Source: Candidatus Woesebacteria bacterium RIFCSPLOWO2_01_FULL_39_23 | Lineage (GTDB): Bacteria; Patescibacteriota; Microgenomatia; UBA8517 | Reading direction: 5' to 3' | Assembly: GCA_001793095.1 (NCBI GenBank) | Contig: MGHG01000007.1 | Location: 1,306 to 65,305, forward strand | Length of the DNA: 64,000 bases | Shown here: positions 26,346 to 36,810 of the stretch, in pieces | Position numbering within the stretch: the stretch's first letter is position 1 | How the letters are laid out: every line of letters starts with the position of its first letter | The notes under the pieces: model-generated | The model's input: only the letters and a program-made list of their open reading frames with translations | Database searches by the model: none | What the model was told of the DNA's origin: nothing | Program-made: the position numbers and the translations under genes

Positions 26346-27356
26346 TCATTGAACTACGTTAAATGAGCCAGTATACATGCCCATTGAACAGGAAAAAGCC
26401 AGCCGGCCAGGTTTAGTCGGAGTAAATTCAATTTCTGTAACTCCAGTATCGGGGAGTATCTTTGAGATATTTAATGACGGAATAGTAAACGCCCGTGCAC
26501 AGCTGAAAACGTTATCGGTAATGAGTTTTAATTTAACTGGAACCCCGGCTTTTAAGGTACTGACATCTGGGGTATAACCTCTACCTGTGACATTAATAGT
26601 TGCTTGTTGGATACCCTGGGTGACTCCCGCGGATCTTGCAACCGGAACGAGCTTATCATTTCCACTGATAATAATCCAATAATTTCTGAGAGTATGAGGT
26701 GAACCGAAAAGACCCATTGCATTACTGAGTGCAAGTACACCGAATACAAAAATTACAATGGAGGAGATGTATGCGAAGGCTTTTTTCCGAAGTAAGCCCA
26801 GTGCAGCTACGCCAAGCGTAAAAAATACCGGGCTGGTTCCGAGGGTAAAAGCAAACATTGTTGCTCCTGCGTAGAGCGGATTTCCTGTTCCGAGTGCCAC
26901 GAGCATCATAGCTTGGGTGACGCCGCAGGGCATTAGAACTGTTAGTGCGCCCAGGATTGCCGGTGCAAAAAGAGACGTTTTCTTACTTTGGTTTCTGGCT
27001 AATCTTAATACAAACTTAGGTGGTTGAATGACGAAGTATCTGAAAAATGGATGCAAGCCCAGAAGTCTACCCGCTGTTCCGATTAGGAAGATAGCAATAA
27101 CAAGCTGCAATACAGCCAGAAACTTAGGGGAAGGAGTTAAGATGGAGCCTACTATTCCCAAAAGCACCCCAAGGATAGTGTAAGCCAAGATTTTACACCC
27201 TAAAAACATTGCAACAAACTTCCAGTTGCCACCTTTCACCTCTTTATTTTCTTTTTGTAGTGTTAATGTTGAGGTAAGAAGGCCACCCTGTACTGCAAGG
27301 CAGGAGATTCCTCCGGTTGTCAAGCCTGTAATAAAGGCCAGCCAGACGTTGTTCAT
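26346..27356 (-). CDS. DsbD_2/TauE-like membrane protein fused to a cupredoxin domain
   Basis: SCLAVQGG and LMPCG TM cysteines; C-terminal FSCSMGMY. Confidence 0.85.
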   Translation of the reverse strand: MNNVWLAFITGLTTGGISCLAVQGGLLTSTLTLQKENKEVKGGNWKFVAMFLGCKILAYTILGVLLGIVGSILTPSPKFLAVLQLVIAIFLIGTAGRLLGLHPFFRYFVIQPPKFVLRLARNQSKKTSLFAPAILGALTVLMPCGVTQAMMLVALGTGNPLYAGATMFAFTLGTSPVFFTLGVAALGLLRKKAFAYISSIVIFVFGVLALSNAMGLFGSPHTLRNYWIIISGNDKLVPVARSAGVTQGIQQATINVTGRGYTPDVSTLKAGVPVKLKLITDNVFSCARAFTIPSLNISKILPDTGVTEIEFTPTKPGRLAFSCSMGMYTGSFNVVQ

Positions 27357-27417
27357 AGTGATAGATTTTATAGAAAATAGTGCTTATTGACAAGTCCTAA
27401 AGTTGAATGATAAAGTA

Positions 27418-27445
27418 ATATACCCTATCCCCCGGGTAGGGATAT
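27418..27445. promoter_or_regulatory. CsoR-type operator
   Basis: ATACCCTA-TCCCCCGGG-TAGGGATAT G/C-tract palindrome just before csoR, downstream of TTGACA-18-TAAAGT. Confidence 0.75.
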
Positions 27446-27449
27446 AAAA

Positions 27450-27719
27450 ATGGATGAATCTGCAAAAATCTCAGCTGCAAAACGACTGGCAATTATCAGG
27501 GGTCATCTCAATAAAGTAATAGACATGGTATCGGATGATGCTTATTGCCCTGATGTTATTCACCAATCGCAGGCGATTCAGGCAGCGTTAAAAAATGTTG
27601 ACGAAATAATCCTTCATGGCCATCTACATCATTGTGTACTCAAAGATATACACGAGAAGGGATCGAAAAAAGAGAAACTAATTAACGAAATACTTGACGT
27701 ATTCAGCAAACAAACATGA
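27450..27719 (+). CDS. csoR: Copper-sensing repressor CsoR
   Basis: RLAIIRGH, YCPDV, HLHHC ligand pattern. Confidence 0.9.
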   Translation: MDESAKISAAKRLAIIRGHLNKVIDMVSDDAYCPDVIHQSQAIQAALKNVDEIILHGHLHHCVLKDIHEKGSKKEKLINEILDVFSKQT

Positions 27720-28222
27720 GAGGCGAGTCAAAAATTCTTGTCGCAGCTATAATTTTTTCGGTGCTTTTAATTATTGGGTTTGTTGCACTTAGTGGAAAAT
27801 CATCTTCGGAAGAAATTAAACCTATGGGAGATGTAAGTGGTATTTCCGTCGAACCCTCTAATTACAATTTGGGTGATGTTCCAATAAAAGGAGGAACCGT
27901 TACGAAGGAGTATAAAATTAAAAATACTACAAATAATACAATTAAACTTAAAAAATTGGCAACGTCGTGTATGTGTACAAAAGCTAAGGTAAAAATTGGA
28001 GATAAGGAAACTAGGTTGTTCGGTATGGAGGGTATGGGTGATAAAAATCCTTCTGTTAACTTGGAAGTTGCTCCAAATGAAGAAATGTTGGTTACCGCGA
28101 TTTTCGATCCTGCTGCTCACGGACCTCAAGGAGTAGGACCTTTTGATAGAAGCGTGTTCTTAACATTTTCTGATCCATCTGGGGTAAGGGAGCTCAAATT
28201 TAGCGGGAAAGTAGTCAGCTAA
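27716..28222 (+). CDS. DUF1573-like Ig-fold exported protein
   Basis: TSCMCT, FDPAAHGPQG. Confidence 0.7.
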   Translation: MRGESKILVAAIIFSVLLIIGFVALSGKSSSEEIKPMGDVSGISVEPSNYNLGDVPIKGGTVTKEYKIKNTTNNTIKLKKLATSCMCTKAKVKIGDKETRLFGMEGMGDKNPSVNLEVAPNEEMLVTAIFDPAAHGPQGVGPFDRSVFLTFSDPSGVRELKFSGKVVS

Positions 28223-28746
28223 TGAATAAGATAGTTTTTATAACGTTTATAATAATTATAAGTATTGTATTATTTGGATTTCCTAGGGAAATCCAGGCGC
28301 ACTGTCCGCTTTGCGTGGCCGGCGCTGGAGTTGGATTAACGCTATCAAGACTGTTGGGAATTGACGATAGCATTACCGGAGTTTGGTTGGGGGCTTTTTT
28401 GGGGGCGATGGCGTTTTGGACACAACGATTACTTGCCTCAAAAAATAAAAACTTTTCTTCTACTTTTTTTGGGATTTTTATTTACTTGGGAATTTTTGCA
28501 GCGACTATATGGTCTTTTTATAAATATAATCTGATTCTAAAACACGGAGATATTTTTGGATTAGATAAATTGACTTTCGGAATGGTAATAGGCGGATCCT
28601 TATTTTATATAGTTGATATCGTCAATGGCATTATAATCATGAGACACGGTAGGTCTTTTTTCCCATATCAAAGGTTAGTTACAGGACTTGGAAGTATGTT
28701 TTTATTAAGTGGAGCAGTCTTTATCTTAATTAACTACTATATATGA
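28222..28746 (+). CDS. Membrane protein with N-terminal HCPLC motif
   Basis: Signal-like N-terminus, AHCPLC, about 4 TM segments. Confidence 0.7.
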   Translation: MNKIVFITFIIIISIVLFGFPREIQAHCPLCVAGAGVGLTLSRLLGIDDSITGVWLGAFLGAMAFWTQRLLASKNKNFSSTFFGIFIYLGIFAATIWSFYKYNLILKHGDIFGLDKLTFGMVIGGSLFYIVDIVNGIIIMRHGRSFFPYQRLVTGLGSMFLLSGAVFILINYYI

Positions 28747-29948
28747 AAAAACTTAAGAAGAAACAAAAATTACTGTTGAGTAAATTTCTAACCTCTTCTT
28801 TTTTGATATTGTTTGGTTTTATTTTGAGTTTTACGTTTTTCAAAACCAATGTCCAAACTTTAAATTTCCTTCCGTCTATTTCAAATAGTGTGGCAGCAAT
28901 TAACTCTAAAGATTTAATTAAGAAATTAGAGAATAAGAATTTTACGCTAATAAATGTTCATACGCCGTATGAGGGTGAGATTGAAAAAACGGATATCTTT
29001 ATAAATTACGATGAAATTTTGGCTAGTAAGGATAAACTTCCCCAAGATAAGAATGCCGAAATAGTACTCTACTGTAAAACTGGAAGAATGAGCACAGAGG
29101 CTGCAGCAACTCTCCTGAATTTAGGTTATACAGATGTTAAACACCTGAACGGTGGAATGGACGCGTGGAAGAAAGAGGGCGGGAGCCTAATTGATTTGTC
29201 GAAACTTCCAGAACAAGTACTTCCACAGGAGGGTTTTACACTTCCTGTTTCTTGGGGTAGTTTAGGTCCGAGATTAATCCAACTTGGTGTAATCGATCAG
29301 GCAAAGTTTGAAAAGGTTGTTAAGATGGATAATACACAAAAGGAAATTTTGACCAAAGGATCGGATTCGCTAATTACAATTAATACTCAGAATAGTCAGT
29401 TTGTTGTTGATATGCTTTGGGCTGTTGGGCTCGGACAAAAGAGTCTTGTTTATGACGAAGGGCCGATGGGAAAAGAGTATAAAAATAAAGCCGGTAACTT
29501 TGCCTCAACCGGAGGGTGGAGCTTAGCGAAAGGCAGCGCGATGGCTCATTATAATAAACACGACCTGATCTCACTAACAGCTGAGCAGCATAAAAGAGTG
29601 ATGGATATCGCAGGACATGTTTATAGACCGTGTTGCGGTAATCACACGGCATTCCCCGATTGCAACCATGGTATGGCAGCCTTGGCAGCAATTGAAATGA
29701 TGGTATCCTTAAATATGAGCGATGAAAGTATTTATAAGAGCGTACTCGAACTGAATTCATTTTGGTTTGGGAGTACGTATATGACTACTGCAACTTATTT
29801 TGCCAGACAGGGTATATCCTGGGACAAGGTGGATGCTAAAGAGGTGTTAGGTGCCAAATATTCTTCAGGTCAGGGAGCAGCTGAAATAGCTAAGAAAGTT
29901 AATCCCCTGCCTTATGAAAGTAAATCAGGTGGTGGTTGCGGTGCTTAA
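28743..29948 (+). CDS. Rhodanese domain fused to an uncharacterised Cys/His domain
   Basis: YCKTGRMS, LNGGMDAW; RPCCGNHTAFPDCNHG; C-terminal GGGCGA. Confidence 0.8.
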   Translation: MKKLKKKQKLLLSKFLTSSFLILFGFILSFTFFKTNVQTLNFLPSISNSVAAINSKDLIKKLENKNFTLINVHTPYEGEIEKTDIFINYDEILASKDKLPQDKNAEIVLYCKTGRMSTEAAATLLNLGYTDVKHLNGGMDAWKKEGGSLIDLSKLPEQVLPQEGFTLPVSWGSLGPRLIQLGVIDQAKFEKVVKMDNTQKEILTKGSDSLITINTQNSQFVVDMLWAVGLGQKSLVYDEGPMGKEYKNKAGNFASTGGWSLAKGSAMAHYNKHDLISLTAEQHKRVMDIAGHVYRPCCGNHTAFPDCNHGMAALAAIEMMVSLNMSDESIYKSVLELNSFWFGSTYMTTATYFARQGISWDKVDAKEVLGAKYSSGQGAAEIAKKVNPLPYESKSGGGCGA

Positions 29949-29975
29949 TTAAGTAAATTAAGTATAAAATCGTAT

Positions 29976-30332
29976 ATGGATAAACTAGTTGTTACTATTG
30001 GTGGATTGTCGGTTTTAAGTTTTATTTATTGGTTTTTCTTTGGAAAATCCAAGGATGAAATTGTTGAGGTCAAAGATAATATTGATGTTATTGTTGATGG
30101 GGGTTATAAGCCAGCCGCAATAAAAATAAAAAAAGGAAAAACAGCGACACTAAGAATAAAAAGACTGGATACAAACAGTTGTTTAGAAGAGATAATAATA
30201 CCTGACTTCAAAGTTAAAGAATATTTACCGCTAAATAAAGAGGTTGAGATTAAGATTAGCCCTAATAAAAACGGAGAGTTTAATTTCCACTGTGGAATGA
30301 ATATGTATCATGGAAAGATCATTGTCGAATAA
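29976..30332 (+). CDS. Membrane-anchored cupredoxin (CupA-like)
   Basis: [18 protein letters not shown]. Confidence 0.88.
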   Translation: MDKLVVTIGGLSVLSFIYWFFFGKSKDEIVEVKDNIDVIVDGGYKPAAIKIKKGKTATLRIKRLDTNSCLEEIIIPDFKVKEYLPLNKEVEIKISPNKNGEFNFHCGMNMYHGKIIVE

Positions 30333-32625
30333 TAATCAAGCTAGTCAAAAATTGTCATTTCCAATAATCGGGATGCACTGCGCGTCATGCGCCAGACTTA
30401 TAGAGAGGCAGCTCGTGCGAACACCCGGTGTTTTAAGCGCTGCAGTCAATTATGGGAGTGAAACGGCTTCGGTTGAATACACATCCGACGTAAAGGAAGA
30501 AGATTTAGCTAAAGCTGTAGAAGGAGCGGGTTATAGAGCGATATTAGACCAAAGGACAAAGGACAGAGGACAAAGGACATCGGATGAAATCAAAGAGGAG
30601 GCGAAGAAGAAAGAGATTAAGGAGTTAAAGCTGAAAGTTATAGTCTCTTCAATACTTTCGGTCCTTATATTCGCCGGAAGTTTTCCGGAATGGATTACTT
30701 TTGTACCCAAAATATTGAGTAATAATATTGTTCTATTTATACTCGCTACCCCCGTTCAGTTTTGGGCAGGATGGCAATTCTATTTAGCCACGAGATCAGG
30801 CTTGAAAAATAGAACTGCAAGTATGGATACGTTAATTGCAATCGGGACTAGTGCAGCCTATGGCTATTCCGTTTGGTCAATGATCTTTGGAGGAGACAAA
30901 TATTTTGACACTGCGGTAATAATTATTACCTTAATACTTCTTGGAAGATATCTTGAAGCCAGAGCAAAACTGCATACAAGCGATGCCATAAGGAAACTTT
31001 TAGCCCTTCAGGCGAAAACCGCACGCGTCATACGGGGGTCGACTGAAGTTGATATTCCTATCGAAGAAGTTAAAGTCGGAGATATAATCCGTGTAAGACC
31101 GGGTGAAAAAATTCCGGTTGACGGTGTTATAACGGAAGGAGTGAGCTCAATTGACGAATCTATGGTAACGGGTGAATCTATCCCTGTTGATAAGACTGTA
31201 GGCAATTCCGTTATCGGTGCAACAATCAATAAATCCGGAACCTTTTTATTTAAAGCTACAAAAATCGGCTCGGATACTATGCTCGCCAGAGTAGTAAAAA
31301 TGGTTGCCGAAGCGCAAAGTTCAAAAGCCCCTATTCAAAGACTCGCTGATGTCGTTTCGTCGTATTTCGTCCCGATAGTTTTAATTCTGGCAGTTCTGAC
31401 ATTTGTTATATGGTTTGACTTCAGTCCCATATCTTCCGAAGCATTCAAGCACGCATTTACGAATATGGTAGCGGTTCTTATCATCGCCTGTCCTTGTGCG
31501 CTCGGATTGGCAACGCCCACAGCAATAATGGTAGGTACAGGGAAAGGCGCTGAGCACGGAATACTGATAAAGGATGCAGAAAGTCTGGAAATCGCAAATA
31601 AAATAAAAACTATCGTTTTTGACAAGACGGGGACATTAACGGAAGGAAAACCAACCGTTACGGACGTTATTTCAAGTCAAAAGTTAAATGTCAAAAGTCA
31701 AAAGTTGTTACAGCTTGCTGCATCTCTTGAGCAAGGTTCAGAGCATTCGTTGGCGGAAACAATAATTAAAAAAACTCATAGCTTAAAACTTAAAACTCAA
31801 AAAGTAACTAATTTCAAAGCAATACACGGGATGGGAATCGAAGGGGAAATTGAAGGGAAAAAGTATATTTTTGGGAATAGAGCATTGATGGACAAAGAGA
31901 AGATAAATTATAAAAATCAGGAGTCAAGAATTATGAATTTAGAAGAAGAAGGTAAAACTGTAATGTTATTAGCCCTTCGACAAGCTCAGGGTAAACTATT
32001 AGGAATCATCGCCGTTGCTGACACTTTGAAGGCAAGTGCAAAAGATGCTGTAGCGATGTTACAAAAGAGAAAAATAGATGTTTGGATGGTGACTGGGGAT
32101 AATGAGCGGACGGCAAAAGCCATTGCTCGTGAAGCGGGTATTAACAATGTTTTAGCCGGAGTACTTCCTAATGAGAAGGCAAGTAAAGTAAATGAATTAC
32201 GAATAAAGAATAATGTATTAAGCAATTGGGATAATTCAAAATTCATTAAACATAATACTGAACCCGTCATCGCGTTCGTTGGTGACGGTATTAATGACGC
32301 ACCTGCACTTGCAGCGGCGGATGTGGGAATTGCAATGGGCAGCGGGACAGATATTGCAATGGAGTCGGCTGGAATTACTCTCTTGAACCGTGATTTAAAT
32401 AGTGTGGTTTCGGCAATTGAGTTAAGCAAAAAAACTCTCAATGTGATAAAACAAAATCTTTTTTGGGCCTTCGGATACAATATTGTTTTAATACCCGTTG
32501 CAATGGGGGTTTTATACCCCTTTTTCGGTTGGCTTCTTAACCCTGCAATAGCAGCATTTGCTATGGCTGCCAGCTCCATTTCCGTCGTCGGGAATTCCCT
32601 TCGGCTGAAAAGTGTTAGACTTTGA
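30310..32625 (+). CDS. copA: Copper-translocating P1B ATPase
   Basis: GMHCASC, TGES, CPC, DKTGT, GDGIND, YN, MAASS. Confidence 0.97.
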   Translation: MERSLSNNNQASQKLSFPIIGMHCASCARLIERQLVRTPGVLSAAVNYGSETASVEYTSDVKEEDLAKAVEGAGYRAILDQRTKDRGQRTSDEIKEEAKKKEIKELKLKVIVSSILSVLIFAGSFPEWITFVPKILSNNIVLFILATPVQFWAGWQFYLATRSGLKNRTASMDTLIAIGTSAAYGYSVWSMIFGGDKYFDTAVIIITLILLGRYLEARAKLHTSDAIRKLLALQAKTARVIRGSTEVDIPIEEVKVGDIIRVRPGEKIPVDGVITEGVSSIDESMVTGESIPVDKTVGNSVIGATINKSGTFLFKATKIGSDTMLARVVKMVAEAQSSKAPIQRLADVVSSYFVPIVLILAVLTFVIWFDFSPISSEAFKHAFTNMVAVLIIACPCALGLATPTAIMVGTGKGAEHGILIKDAESLEIANKIKTIVFDKTGTLTEGKPTVTDVISSQKLNVKSQKLLQLAASLEQGSEHSLAETIIKKTHSLKLKTQKVTNFKAIHGMGIEGEIEGKKYIFGNRALMDKEKINYKNQESRIMNLEEEGKTVMLLALRQAQGKLLGIIAVADTLKASAKDAVAMLQKRKIDVWMVTGDNERTAKAIAREAGINNVLAGVLPNEKASKVNELRIKNNVLSNWDNSKFIKHNTEPVIAFVGDGINDAPALAAADVGIAMGSGTDIAMESAGITLLNRDLNSVVSAIELSKKTLNVIKQNLFWAFGYNIVLIPVAMGVLYPFFGWLLNPAIAAFAMAASSISVVGNSLRLKSVRL

Positions 32626-32691
32626 CAAGGAGAAATCGTAGTTGAGGTGGATGATGATACAGATTGGGATGATGAATTAGATTAGTCCTTG

Positions 32692-33639
32692 TTAACCTCT
32701 TATTCTGCTCAACCAGTAGATATAAGCAAGGAAGCAAAGTATTAATATTATTCCTACCCACTTACTGACCCTTTCTCCGCTGTATTTCCTTATAACTATT
32801 AAAAACAAAATTGCTGATAAGGCTAAAATCACCCAATCGGTATAAGGTATAAAAGTTTTTGTACGATAAAGATCAATTATGCCTCCTATAAAAAGTAAAT
32901 TATAAATATTACTGCCCAAGATATTGCCGATTGTTAACTTTTCCTGATGTTCCTCCTGTGCGAAAACTGTAGTAAAAAGCTCCGGAAGAGATGTCGCGAA
33001 TGCGGTAACAGTTAGGCCTAAAACTGTGGTTGAATAACCTGTTATCGTTGAAAGCATCTGGGTTGAGGTTACGGTAATATAACCACCCGCTACAATACCA
33101 ACGGCTGAAAAAACTAGAGTTATCACCTCCGAAAGTGTAAACTTTTCTTTTTTAAGGTGTTTCATTTTAGAAGAGTCTTCATGTTTCCTTCCAAAGATTG
33201 CCCAATTATATTCGGCAATAGTTAAAATAATGCCGCTGATAATAAGCACTAAGCCCGACGGAAAATTTGGAGAGATAATGGTGTTGAGGAAAATAAAGAG
33301 AGCTGTAACTGCAATTAGAATCAAGGCATTTCTCTGTGTTTTTGTCGTGCCTATTCTTAATTTTCCTATTAATATACCTATCGGAAAAACAAGTAATACA
33401 TTGACAATATTCGATCCGATGATATTACCCATTGCCAGTCCGATGTCATTCCGCATTAGTGCAACCGCAGAAACTGCCAACTCAGGAAGGGATGTACCCA
33501 GTGCGACAACCGTAATTCCGATAAACAAAGGGGAAATTTTAAAAGAGGAGGGCAACTTTTCTGCGAGTTTAACAAGGGCTCTGGCGGAAAAAAGCAGCAG
33601 TCCGATACCAAGAACGAGCTGTAGGGCAATTTCGCTCAT
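32692..33639 (-). CDS. Calcium/sodium antiporter (YrbG-like)
   Basis: Two TSLPE alpha repeats, GNIIGSN / GNILGSN. Confidence 0.92.
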   Translation of the reverse strand: MSEIALQLVLGIGLLLFSARALVKLAEKLPSSFKISPLFIGITVVALGTSLPELAVSAVALMRNDIGLAMGNIIGSNIVNVLLVFPIGILIGKLRIGTTKTQRNALILIAVTALFIFLNTIISPNFPSGLVLIISGIILTIAEYNWAIFGRKHEDSSKMKHLKKEKFTLSEVITLVFSAVGIVAGGYITVTSTQMLSTITGYSTTVLGLTVTAFATSLPELFTTVFAQEEHQEKLTIGNILGSNIYNLLFIGGIIDLYRTKTFIPYTDWVILALSAILFLIVIRKYSGERVSKWVGIILILCFLAYIYWLSRIRG

Positions 33640-33728
33640 ACATTCATATTACTTGAATTTTCGGAAAATAATTAGTAGCTGAAAAATATTTGCAAGAAGG
33701 AATCTGATTCTTATATAATTTCGCTTCC

Positions 33729-33983
33729 ATGGCTGAAAGAGAAAAAACACCAGAGGAAAAGAGAGCTATTTCTAAAGTTTTGAGGATTGTCAGAGGAAGT
33801 ATGGTTTTTGGACCAGATCAAAAACCAGTTACTTGTCCGCGGTGCTTTAACAGAATAGGTATACTTAATAATGTCGGGATACCTGAGGGAACTTCGCTTG
33901 GCCCGATGGGTTGTGTGGGAGTAGAGGATGAAGAGTGTAAATTGCGCGAAATGTTATTTGAGCTTTATAGAAACAAACCTTAA
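33729..33983 (+). CDS. Small orphan protein with CxxC
   Basis: CPRC...C...C; TATAAT upstream. Confidence 0.55.
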   Translation: MAEREKTPEEKRAISKVLRIVRGSMVFGPDQKPVTCPRCFNRIGILNNVGIPEGTSLGPMGCVGVEDEECKLREMLFELYRNKP

Positions 33984-34006
33984 GAAAAAATAAAACTGTA
34001 AATGTT

Positions 34007-34264
34007 TTACATTCCTTGCTTATAAATAATAACTTTTTTACCGGGGACCATTTTAGTATCAGAAACATTAACAACGATTGCTCTTTCTCCATTCACGGTT
34101 ACTAAATTCTCATTAATCACAGTTGCTGAAGTAGGAAGGGGGTATTGTTTCCCATATGGGAGTGCTTTTAATGCCTTAATCCAACCCTTTATACTCCTTT
34201 TTGTAGCTTTAGTTTCAAGCTCAGGTTGAATATCGTAAATTTTATATTCAGTTTCTTTTCCCAT
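34007..34264 (-). CDS. Small orphan protein
   Basis: ORF with a -10-like box upstream. Confidence 0.5.
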   Translation of the reverse strand: MGKETEYKIYDIQPELETKATKRSIKGWIKALKALPYGKQYPLPTSATVINENLVTVNGERAIVVNVSDTKMVPGKKVIIYKQGM

Positions 34265-34460
34265 AAGACTAAGTTATGTTATAAAATTTAATTATTATAT
34301 GCAAACATAACAGGCTTAGTCAAAATAAGTAAGAAGGTTCGGACTGCGTTTGTTGTTGCCAATCTTTACCAAAGCAAAAACTCTCCGCAAGAAAACACTT
34401 AAAGAAATTTCAGATTTCAGTGGTAATTTGATGTATGTTAGTTTTAACTTCGTAGGACTT

Positions 34461-35468
34461 TTATATCCGGATTAACTTTTCCAACCAGGCTAAGTTTTGA
34501 CTTTTACTTTCCTTCCCACGATAGCTTTGTTCAAGTAAGTGTAGGCGCGTCCACCATAAATCTTCCCAGATATAATGAACTGCCAATTGTTTATATTTAC
34601 CGAATTTCTCAAAGTGTTTCAATAGTTTTTCGACAGATACAGGATTTTCAGGATCTTGGTCAAAAAACACTTTGGAATATATTTTTTGTTCCCATGGCGA
34701 TATATGGTTAAAGAAATCCCAATGATGAAATACGTCAAACAAGAGATACCAAACTGTAGCCGGCCCTACCCCGTAAAGTTTAAGAAGTTCTGTCATCTGT
34801 GTTTGCCTATCTTTCTTCCTTAAGATCATCTCGTCCATTAAACCTTGAGCAAAATAATCATCAATTTTCTTAATTGATTTGGCGCGATAACCGACTTTTA
34901 AGTTCCTTAATTCTTGCTCTGTCACGTTAGTAAGACTTCCTCCTTTCCAGAAACACCAAAGTTCTTTTCCGTCATATTCTAATTTTGTTCCGTAATTTTC
35001 CAATAATGCCCTGAACATCTGAACAGACCTTTTAACTGTTGCGTTTTGAAGAACTATTCCAATTATTAAATATTCATATAATGAGCTTGGATGTCCGGGT
35101 CGCATTCCATGCCACTTCTTAATTATCGGAGCCAACACTTTGTCATTTTTGAATGATTTGTAAAAATCTGTTAAGTCCAAGTCGAGGTTATACCTGAAGC
35201 GAATTTCTTTGATTAACGAGTCAATTGTTTCCTGCTTTGGTTTGCGGTCTGTCCAAATATCGATTTTTATTTTTGGTTTTTCTCTTGTTCCAATATTTAC
35301 AAACTTTAATCCGTATGGTTTACCGCCATATAGCCAGGTTTGCCACCTTGTCCCTGGTTCCCAATAATTATCACCGCTCGTAAAGTGATCTGGTTTATGA
35401 AAAGTAGCATCAAAATTAAAAGGTGAAGTTGGAGTAATTTCTATAGTAGCTACTTTTATTAGTTTCAT
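34461..35468 (-). CDS. HhH-GPD DNA glycosylase (AlkA/Ogg1-like)
   Basis: IVLQN, VGYRAK, LYGVGPAT; start at MKLIKV just after the rarA stop. Confidence 0.85.
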   Translation of the reverse strand: MKLIKVATIEITPTSPFNFDATFHKPDHFTSGDNYWEPGTRWQTWLYGGKPYGLKFVNIGTREKPKIKIDIWTDRKPKQETIDSLIKEIRFRYNLDLDLTDFYKSFKNDKVLAPIIKKWHGMRPGHPSSLYEYLIIGIVLQNATVKRSVQMFRALLENYGTKLEYDGKELWCFWKGGSLTNVTEQELRNLKVGYRAKSIKKIDDYFAQGLMDEMILRKKDRQTQMTELLKLYGVGPATVWYLLFDVFHHWDFFNHISPWEQKIYSKVFFDQDPENPVSVEKLLKHFEKFGKYKQLAVHYIWEDLWWTRLHLLEQSYRGKESKSQNLAWLEKLIRI

Positions 35469-35469
35469 A

Positions 35470-36726
35470 CTATGAGCGTCGGTAATATTTTTTATTTTTA
35501 ATTTTTTCAGGTAATGACGAACCTTTGTCATATTTCTCGTACCCACTTCCGTATCCTATTTCCTTCATAAGTTTTGTAACGGGATTTCGGATTTTTAAGG
35601 GAACCGGAAGATTGCCGTGTTTTTTAACATCCTCTAAGGCTGCTATATATGCGTTATATGCTGAGCGATCCTTTTTAGCTAAAGCGAGATAAACAACTCC
35701 ATGTGCTAAATTTTCCTGGCACTCAGGGAAGCCTATTGTTTCGCAGGCTTTGAAAACTTCATTAGCAATAACCAAAGCTGTAGGTTGGGCCATGCCAATA
35801 TCTTCCGAAGCAAAAACTACCATTCGCCTTGCAATATATAGAGGATCTTGTCCTGCAGCAACCATCCGTGCCAAATAATAGAGCGCCGCATCAACATCGC
35901 TTGCCCGCATACTTTTAATAAATGCTGATATTATGTTGTAAAAATCTTCTCCCTGTTTATCGAAAGTGAGTTGTCTTCGCTGTAGGGCAGATTCGATGTC
36001 TTTTAAACTGATTGCACCCCCGAGGTGTTTGAATTTTTCACCTCGGGGGTGGTTTGGCGCCGTTAAATTAACTGCGATTTCCAGGACATTCAGCAATACC
36101 CTCGCGTCACCATTACTTGCCGACAGTAAAAAGCTTAATGCTTTGGGTTCAATCTTAACTTGTAATTCTTTCAAGCCTCTTTTTATAATTTTTTTTAAGT
36201 CGTTTTCACTTAGTTGGTTCAGTACAACAACGCGGCACCGTGACATGAGAGGTCCAATTACTTCGAACGAGGGATTTTCGGTTGTTGCACCGATTAGGAC
36301 AATATCTCCTTTTTCAACATGGGGTAGTAGTTTATCCTGCTGGGCTTTGTTAAAGCGGTGAATTTCATCAATGAATACGATAGGAGCGGAATTCTGAATA
36401 CTGTATTGTGAATTATGAATTATGGGTTGTTGCTGACTCTTAGTGCTTGATACTTTGTTCATAATAGTGTTTATTTCTTTAATAGAGGTGTTGACGGCGG
36501 AAAACTCATAAAACTCGCGATTTAATTCATTAGCAATAATCCGTGCAAGTGTAGTTTTTCCTGATCCTGGCGGTCCCCAAAAAATGAGTGAAGGAATGAA
36601 GTTTTTACCTCCGGGATTATTCAGTAACTTGGAAATAAATCCATTTTTACCGACCAAGTGTTCCTGTCCGACGAATTCTACAAGTTTTCTCGGCCTTAAT
36701 TTTTCGGGTAACGGAATATTTTGCAT
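35470..36726 (-). CDS. rarA: Replication-associated recombination protein A
   Basis: [43 protein letters not shown]. Confidence 0.97.
   Translation of the reverse strand: MQNIPLPEKLRPRKLVEFVGQEHLVGKNGFISKLLNNPGGKNFIPSLIFWGPPGSGKTTLARIIANELNREFYEFSAVNTSIKEINTIMNKVSSTKSQQQPIIHNSQYSIQNSAPIVFIDEIHRFNKAQQDKLLPHVEKGDIVLIGATTENPSFEVIGPLMSRCRVVVLNQLSENDLKKIIKRGLKELQVKIEPKALSFLLSASNGDARVLLNVLEIAVNLTAPNHPRGEKFKHLGGAISLKDIESALQRRQLTFDKQGEDFYNIISAFIKSMRASDVDAALYYLARMVAAGQDPLYIARRMVVFASEDIGMAQPTALVIANEVFKACETIGFPECQENLAHGVVYLALAKKDRSAYNAYIAALEDVKKHGNLPVPLKIRNPVTKLMKEIGYGSGYEKYDKGSSLPEKIKNKKYYRRS
36015..36051. repeat. Perfect 13-bp inverted repeat inserted in rarA
   Basis: CACCCCCGAGGTG-N11-CACCTCGGGGGTG. 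Confidence 0.85.
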
Positions 36727-36810
36727 ACAGTATTATTTTACTCTATAGCCAAAGAAAAGGCGAAAAAGGAACGTATAGATTATGCTGTTTAGTTAATTTA
36801 TACTGATTAT

